From an uncultured bacterium (GTDB lineage Bacteria > Patescibacteriota > Minisyncoccia > Moranbacterales > UBA2206): a stretch of 64,000 nt of DNA. A program made the position numbers and the translations under genes. Where the stretch lies: positions 72,786 to 136,785 of the forward strand of contig CAIKZD010000009.1 in NCBI GenBank assembly GCA_903831805.1. The letters are read 5' to 3'. Numbering within the stretch: position 1 is the stretch's first letter; every line of letters starts with the position of its first letter. Positions 58,468 to 64,000 of the stretch are shown in pieces. The notes beneath the pieces were generated by a model. The model was not told the origin of the DNA and ran no database searches. It saw only the letters and a list, made by a program, of their open reading frames with translations.

Positions 58468-58502
58468 CAAAGGGAATTAGGAATAATTCCCTTTACTTTT
58501 TG
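58468..58502 (+). terminator. rho-independent terminator
   Basis: AAAGGGAATTA-ggaa-TAATTCCCTTT followed by ACTTTTTGGCTTTTTT. Confidence 0.7.
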
Positions 58503-58570
58503 GCTTTTTTGCAGTACAATTAAATTAGGAAAAGGGCGTTAAAAAGCGCATAAATAATAACAAAATAGCT

Positions 58571-58801
58571 ATGATAAGCCTTTTGAAATTGATTATTTGG
58601 ATTGCCGGCGCGCTCGTGGTGGCCTATTTTGTCCTGGGTTTTTTCGGTTATGAATTTAACCGCAACTATTTCTCTTCCAGCAAAGAGCAATGCCAAGGAA
58701 AGCTCCAGGCCTGTACAGATAATGTCTTCCATAAAGGCATCGACAACGCCGAGTGTAATTTTCAATGCGTGGATCCTAAATTAATCATTAAAAAGAAATA
58801 A
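58571..58801 (+). CDS. small membrane protein with four-Cys C-terminal domain, hypothetical
   Basis: 76 aa; TM helix, then CQGKLQAC...CNFQC. Confidence 0.4.
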   Translation: MISLLKLIIWIAGALVVAYFVLGFFGYEFNRNYFSSSKEQCQGKLQACTDNVFHKGIDNAECNFQCVDPKLIIKKK

Positions 58802-59755
58802 ATGAGACTGATTGTTAACCTTCCAGCTTTCAATGAAGCAGAGAGAATCGGGCAGACTATAAAACGGATCCCTCGTAATTTTGCCGGGATAGATGAAGTT
58901 TTTGTGCAAGTTATTGATGACGGTTCAAAAGACGGAACTGCTCAAATAGCCAAGGATGCCGGCGCCGATTTTGTTTTTTCCCATACGACCAACAGAGGAC
59001 CAGGCGTGGTATTTCGCACAGCTGTAGAACATGCACTAGAAAATGGAGCTGATATACTTGCCTATATAGACGCCGATGGACAATTTAATCCTCAAGATAT
59101 TCCGACTATCATTGCCCCGATCCTTGAAGGAAAAGCTGATATCGTCAGCGCGGATCGTTTCGGCGAGCATAAAGCCAAGAATATGCCAGCAGCTAAATAT
59201 TACTTGAACAGACTCGCGGCGTTCATAATAGGGAAATTTATGAATTGTCCTATCAAGGACCTGACTTGCGGTTTTCGCGGATATAACAGAGAGACATTAC
59301 TCAGGCTGAATCTGCCTGGCGCATTCACTTATACGCAAGAAGTAATCATAGATGCCATCGGCAAGAATCTTAAAGTCGTATGGGTTCCAGTGGTGGTGAC
59401 ATACTTTGAGGAAAGAAAGTCTAGAGTAGTCAAAAGCATTTATAAGTATGTCAGAGACAGTGGCAGGATAATTCTAAAAGCCATAAGAGATGTCCGGCCG
59501 ATGAAATTTTTTGGAATTCCAGCTGCTTTCTTAATCCTCGTTTCTCTCGTAATTTTTGCATATTTCGGATTCTTATATTTCCAAGATTTCAAGATAACTC
59601 CGTATCGGAACTACCTCCTTGCTGCTATAACAATTCTCCTGGTCGGACTGCAATTTCTTGTTTTTGCCCTCATTGCCGACATGATAAAATCGAATCGCAA
59701 ACTAACAGAAGATCAGATGTATCTGATGAAGAAAGAAAAATACACTAAGAAATAG
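58802..59755 (+). CDS. GT2 polyprenol-phosphate glycosyltransferase (Dpm1/ArnC-like) with C-terminal TM helices
   Basis: VIDDGSKDGT DxD-region; YIDADGQ; two C-terminal TM helices. Confidence 0.8.
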   Translation: MRLIVNLPAFNEAERIGQTIKRIPRNFAGIDEVFVQVIDDGSKDGTAQIAKDAGADFVFSHTTNRGPGVVFRTAVEHALENGADILAYIDADGQFNPQDIPTIIAPILEGKADIVSADRFGEHKAKNMPAAKYYLNRLAAFIIGKFMNCPIKDLTCGFRGYNRETLLRLNLPGAFTYTQEVIIDAIGKNLKVVWVPVVVTYFEERKSRVVKSIYKYVRDSGRIILKAIRDVRPMKFFGIPAAFLILVSLVIFAYFGFLYFQDFKITPYRNYLLAAITILLVGLQFLVFALIADMIKSNRKLTEDQMYLMKKEKYTKK

Positions 59756-59760
59756 CAATT

Positions 59761-60882
59761 ATGAAAATCCTCTTTATCTCTCACTCCTATCCCCCAATTC
59801 TGGGTGGGGTGGAAAGCCAGAATTATAATTTGGCTAAAGGACTGGCGAAAATCGCGACTACCAAAATCATCGCTAACGGCCGAGGCAAATGGTGGTTGCC
59901 GATTTTTGTGCCGGTCACATTTTTCCGGGCTTTTTTTCTAATGACCAATTATGATGTTTGCCTCGTGGGTAATGGCGTCCTGGCACCGATCGCCGCCGTG
60001 CTTAAATTTTTTCACCCTAAGAAAAAATTCTTTTCGGTTGTACATGGCCTGGACATTACTTTCGCTTATAAAAATGGTCTTCTGCCAAGAATTTACAAGG
60101 CTGTTAATATCCCCGCTCTAAAAAAACTGGATAAACTTTTCATGGTGGGCAATTTTACCATCCAAGAAGCGGTAAAGGTCGGCATCCCCGAAGATAATTG
60201 TGTTTTCATTCCCAACGGCGTGCCCATTGAAGATTTAAAAAAAGATTTTTCGCGAGAAGACCTGTCCAAACTTTTGGGTGAAAATCTCACGGACAAAAAA
60301 ATGATCTTGCGCCTCGGCCGATTTGTGCCGCATAAAGGCACTGATTGGTTCATCAGAAATGTCATGCCGAGTCTCAATGAAAATATTATCATGGTGGCCA
60401 CTGGATATCGCGTGGCCAAAAATACCGCCGGCGATCCGGATAATTTTGCTGATTGTGAAAAGGCCATTGCCGAGCATCATCTGGAAAGCCGAGTGAAGCT
60501 TATGCCGACTATTCCACAGCATGACTTGGAAATTTTGTTCAATACAGTTGACCTGGTCGTCTCACCCAACGTTCGTTATCCTGGTTCTTCGGAAGGTTTC
60601 GGCATTAATGCCATAGAGGCGGCCGCTTGTGAGAGGATCGTGGTGGCTTCCAATCTGCAAGGTTTGGCGGATGCCATCAAGAATGGCAAAAATGGTTTCT
60701 TAGTGGAACCGGAAGACGCCGAGCAATGGGTCAAAAAGATCAATGCCATTTTTGCCGCCGGCCCTGATTTTGCCCAGAATTTCGGGAAAATGGCCGGTCA
60801 ATTCGTGAAAGAAAATTTCACCTGGGAAATGATTTCCAAAAGATATTTGGAAGAAATGGAAAAAGTATGTCAGAACCACTGA
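59761..60882 (+). CDS. glycosyltransferase family 4
   Basis: GT-B; C-terminal SSEGFGINAIEAAACERIVVASNLQGLADAIKNGKNGFLVEPED. Confidence 0.8.
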   Translation: MKILFISHSYPPILGGVESQNYNLAKGLAKIATTKIIANGRGKWWLPIFVPVTFFRAFFLMTNYDVCLVGNGVLAPIAAVLKFFHPKKKFFSVVHGLDITFAYKNGLLPRIYKAVNIPALKKLDKLFMVGNFTIQEAVKVGIPEDNCVFIPNGVPIEDLKKDFSREDLSKLLGENLTDKKMILRLGRFVPHKGTDWFIRNVMPSLNENIIMVATGYRVAKNTAGDPDNFADCEKAIAEHHLESRVKLMPTIPQHDLEILFNTVDLVVSPNVRYPGSSEGFGINAIEAAACERIVVASNLQGLADAIKNGKNGFLVEPEDAEQWVKKINAIFAAGPDFAQNFGKMAGQFVKENFTWEMISKRYLEEMEKVCQNH

Positions 60883-60955
60883 TTTTCACATGATTACCCT
60901 GATTACACTGAATAAAAATACACAATTTTAAATTTGATATTCAGTTTTATAAAAT

Positions 60956-62986
60956 ATGTTTCCTGCTATTCACTCCCAAATATTATTGTATTTTTCTATC
61001 GCGATTATTCTGCTCCTACCGGGATATTTTTTGCTGTTGGCAGTTTTCGGTAAAGATGAAAATCGCATCAGCCTCCTTGAGAGATTCGTTTTTTCTTTCG
61101 GGCTAGGCCTAATTGTGACTGATTTTATTGCCTTCGCATATTCCAAAGCGCATATTTTAATCACCGCTACGTCCTCTATTGCCGGCAGTGTTATTTTTTG
61201 TGGCGTTTGTTTTTGCGTATATAAATATACTAATCATAACATTAAGCGCGATCCTATTAAGGACGAGATTGCCGCGGTCGTTCCGAGCACAGAACTCCCT
61301 CGTAATGACAATGCTAATCTTTTTTCTTTTTCCAAAAACCAATTTCTACTTATTCTTATTATATTGTTCTTAATGATTTTCATCAAAGTCGCCTATCTGT
61401 CCGGCACGATTGCTCCCACTGCCACTGATATGGGGCACCACACTTATTGGACCAAAACCTTGGTGGAAAGTGGCCAGCTGCCGACCTATGACGGTATGCC
61501 TGATTTCATCATTGGGGAGCATATCGCTCTTGGAGAGATGGTGATGATAAACAAGCTTAGTTTTTTTGGCGGCTTCCCGGTTATTTTTCTACTCCTCATT
61601 AATCTCCTTGGCATTTTGACAGTTTTTCTTTTGACCCGGCGCATTTTCAAAAACAAAAATATCGCTATTCTCACCTTGCTTTTTCTGGGAGTGCTTTTTG
61701 CCGTCACTTCCCCGCAAGCCAAGTTTGTCAGCGGCGGCGTGATGGGCAATATCATGGGCAATTTTCTTTTGCCTTTATCTTTCTACTTCTATTACCGTGC
61801 CATGGAGTTCTGGGAAGAAGAAAAAAATGTAGAGGTTCAATTCATTGAACCTGCTGGCCAACAAAAAGAGCTTGATAAATCAAGCCTCTACAGCGATAGC
61901 AAAACATTTCTCTCTCTGGCCGCTTTCACCACTTTTGGACTTTTTTACACCCATCACCTGACGGCTTTTATTTTTCTTTTTGTTCTGACACTGCTCATCC
62001 CACTTTTTCTAGCGACTAACTTTAGTAAAATCAAAGAGGTCTTATCCCAAACATTAAAGCTTGTCTTTTCCGCGCCGGTCATAACGGTTTTTTTCATCGG
62101 ACTGGTTTTTTTCTTTTTCATCTTTACGCCCAATTATGTCAAAAACAGCGCCGTAGGCACGGCAGTGGGCGCGCCCTCCAAATCAACGCGCGAAGGTTTG
62201 ACCATCGACAACATCAAAAGCAGTGTCGGAGAAGCTCGCCTAGCCTTCGGCTTCTTAGGTCTTTTGTGTTTAGCTTTTTTTTATCGTAAGAAGAACTTCG
62301 GATTCGCCCTTCTCGCTGCCTGGACCATCATGCTTTTCATTATGTCCTTCGCGCCACAATTGCTCTTCGTCAATCTTCCAAGCGCGCGCATCGGAAACTA
62401 TATGAGCTATCCCTTAGCGATTCTCAGCGCCTACGCCTTATACGCAATCTTTAACCCCAATGACCCTCTTTTTGAAAAGAATAAATCCTGGGGGCATGCG
62501 CAAAGTCTCATTCCACTGAAATTTCTCCGCAGTGCCTTTCTTCTTTTTGCCGTTTTTGTTTTCGCTAGCGGCCTGAAAGACAGTGCTGACGCGTTCAAAA
62601 AATCCCCCGACTTCACGCCCACCTCGGAAACTTTCAATGCTTCAGCCTATCTCAAACAAATTACCGCTGAAAATGAAGTTATCTTGAAAGATCACAACTA
62701 TCTGAGCGGCGACACCTGGGTGAAATTGTTTTTTATGCGCGGCTATCTCTATCCCCTTTCTCGCAGCTATTTGAAGCGCTATGAAGATGCCACCAAGCCG
62801 CGCGAAATGTGCACACTCTATATGATTTCCAAACCGGACAGCATCGACGCAAAAAATTGCTTCACTACTACTAACACTAAATATCTAATGGTCAACCCGC
62901 GATATGATAGCTCCCAGTTCACTAAGCTGAACAATTTCGACGAGATTTATAATAGCGGCGAAGTCGCCATTTATCATCGGCCATAA
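60956..62986 (+). CDS. large polytopic membrane protein, putative GT-C-fold glycosyltransferase (ArnT/PMT-like)
   Basis: 676 aa; more than 10 TM helices in the N-terminal two-thirds, soluble C-terminal domain; adjacent to the GT2 polyprenol-P sugar synthase. Confidence 0.4.
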   Translation: MFPAIHSQILLYFSIAIILLLPGYFLLLAVFGKDENRISLLERFVFSFGLGLIVTDFIAFAYSKAHILITATSSIAGSVIFCGVCFCVYKYTNHNIKRDPIKDEIAAVVPSTELPRNDNANLFSFSKNQFLLILIILFLMIFIKVAYLSGTIAPTATDMGHHTYWTKTLVESGQLPTYDGMPDFIIGEHIALGEMVMINKLSFFGGFPVIFLLLINLLGILTVFLLTRRIFKNKNIAILTLLFLGVLFAVTSPQAKFVSGGVMGNIMGNFLLPLSFYFYYRAMEFWEEEKNVEVQFIEPAGQQKELDKSSLYSDSKTFLSLAAFTTFGLFYTHHLTAFIFLFVLTLLIPLFLATNFSKIKEVLSQTLKLVFSAPVITVFFIGLVFFFFIFTPNYVKNSAVGTAVGAPSKSTREGLTIDNIKSSVGEARLAFGFLGLLCLAFFYRKKNFGFALLAAWTIMLFIMSFAPQLLFVNLPSARIGNYMSYPLAILSAYALYAIFNPNDPLFEKNKSWGHAQSLIPLKFLRSAFLLFAVFVFASGLKDSADAFKKSPDFTPTSETFNASAYLKQITAENEVILKDHNYLSGDTWVKLFFMRGYLYPLSRSYLKRYEDATKPREMCTLYMISKPDSIDAKNCFTTTNTKYLMVNPRYDSSQFTKLNNFDEIYNSGEVAIYHRP

Positions 62987-62991
62987 AACTT

Positions 62992-63345
62992 ATGCAACAA
63001 AAAAAGATTATTCTATTTCTAATTATCCTCTTTGTAACCGGCTCCGCCTGGTTGTTCCACGCTTCCAACAGACTAACTGACCCGAATGTGGGCAAGAATT
63101 GGTGGACAATCTATTTTGCCGACTCCAATACTAATAACTTGAATTTCCATATTGAAAATCATAGTGACCAAACCACTTTCCATTGGGAAGCTTTGGTTCA
63201 GAATAAAAAGGTGCGCGAGGGTGACGAAAAAATAGAAAAAGGTGCCAGTCAAGTCGTGACGCTCGATGAAAATTTAGGAGCGGGAAAAATTATCATTGAT
63301 GTTACGGTCGGCAGTGAGAAGAAAGAGATTTATAAGAATTTTTGA
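62992..63345 (+). CDS. membrane-anchored hypothetical protein
   Basis: 117 aa; N-terminal TM helix. Confidence 0.4.
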   Translation: MQQKKIILFLIILFVTGSAWLFHASNRLTDPNVGKNWWTIYFADSNTNNLNFHIENHSDQTTFHWEALVQNKKVREGDEKIEKGASQVVTLDENLGAGKIIIDVTVGSEKKEIYKNF

Positions 63346-63590
63346 CAAAAGAAAAAGCCGAGAGAAAAGATTGAGTGTGGAGGAGCGTTGCAAAGCAACG
63401 TCCGTGGATGGTTTTATGCAAAACCACTCAAATCAATTTCTCTAGGCTTAAATAAGAGATAATTTTCGAAATCTGCAATGCAGACCTCAAAAAATATCAT
63501 CATCTTAAATTCTTAGGTACTGCCCATATTACAGCAATCTCAGTTTTTTATTTCAAAAATAAAAGAATCTTTATTTTAAAGCAAAATCTT

Positions 63591-64000
63591 ATGAAAAAAA
63601 TCCTCTTAGTAACAAGGCCGATTGCCCCGCCGTGGGATGAGGCGTCGAAAAATTTTGCGTATTATTTGGCAAAAACCATTAGCGCAAAAGAAAATGATTT
63701 AGAATTGCATCTGATGACGCGCGGGCATCTTCCTGAGCTGTCGAAAAGAGTCGTCCAGAATGAAGTCTACACTTCTTCGCGCAACGACATAACTTTCTCA
63801 CAAAAATGGCGCTCGCTTTTTTTCCAGTTCATAATGAGGAATCAATTCGACGTGGCACACTATTTTTTCACCCCGACTAAGTTAAATTCTTTTCTCATCA
63901 AAAATTTCCTAAGTTCAAAAAAAACCAAAATCATCCAAACCGTAGCCACGCTCCGCGAAGATCTATATTCTGACTCTGAAATCAAAAAAATGATGTTCGG
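63591..64000 (+). CDS. glycosyltransferase (GT-B N-terminal domain), 3'-truncated by window end
   Basis: MKKILLVTRPIAPPWDEASKNFAYYLAK; Rossmann-like GT4-type N-terminal domain. Confidence 0.5.
   Translation, partial: MKKILLVTRPIAPPWDEASKNFAYYLAKTISAKENDLELHLMTRGHLPELSKRVVQNEVYTSSRNDITFSQKWRSLFFQFIMRNQFDVAHYFFTPTKLNSFLIKNFLSSKKTKIIQTVATLREDLYSDSEIKKMMF

Overview
This 64 kb window comes from a small-genome bacterium. Its gene content (many glycosyltransferases, a DUF4012-like protein, an archaeal-type UMP-kinase-like protein, an LCP protein, a standalone 16S gene) suggests a CPR/Patescibacteria-like or related monoderm lineage, but that is inference.

The window opens with the 3' ~946 nt of a 16S rRNA gene. 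The gene ends at the anti-SD sequence and is followed by its own rho-independent terminator and then protein-coding genes. There is no ITS or 23S downstream.

About 60 protein genes follow:
- A first cell-envelope polysaccharide locus at 5.9-16.7 kb: two Wzz-like proteins, a lipoprotein, a LysM protein, an O-antigen-ligase-like protein, two GT4 glycosyltransferases and a DUF4012-like protein.
- Housekeeping genes: rplU, recR, dnaB, dus, cysS, a corA-like gene, yidD, obg, priA-def-fmt, thpR, gltX, iscR-iscS-iscU, rpmA, pyrG, rplI, ctpA and an LCP-family gene.
- A second glycosylation locus at 53-64 kb: GT4, an O-antigen-ligase-like gene, GT4, a UDP-sugar dehydrogenase, a polyprenol-P GT2, GT4, and a GT-C-like membrane protein.

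RNA genes on the minus strand are tRNA-Gln(CTG) and a tRNA-Ile(GAT) whose gene carries a 109-nt insertion between the anticodon arm and the T-arm. A degenerate tRNA-Asp-like structure with its own terminator is also present.

The most unusual signal is a dense set of small palindromic (MITE-like) elements in at least six families, and several copies sit in-frame inside conserved genes without breaking the reading frame:
- A 38-bp GC-rich palindrome occurs twice in priA and once in dus.
- A ~157-bp TGTCAT-ended element occurs 4 times, including a 126-bp (42-codon) in-frame copy inside an O-antigen-ligase-like gene, plus copies and a related variant punctuating the iscR-iscS-iscU operon.
- A 55-bp perfect palindrome lies in-frame in a Wzz-like gene.
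This resembles Rickettsia palindromic elements and appears to be the most novel system here.

Other oddities:
- A GluR0-like potassium-channel/SBP chimera with no signal peptide.
- A small Cys-rich ORF coupled to cysS.
- A two-gene islet of anomalous composition containing a Cys/His-rich unknown protein.
- Paralogous small membrane ORFs that share a conserved leader hairpin.
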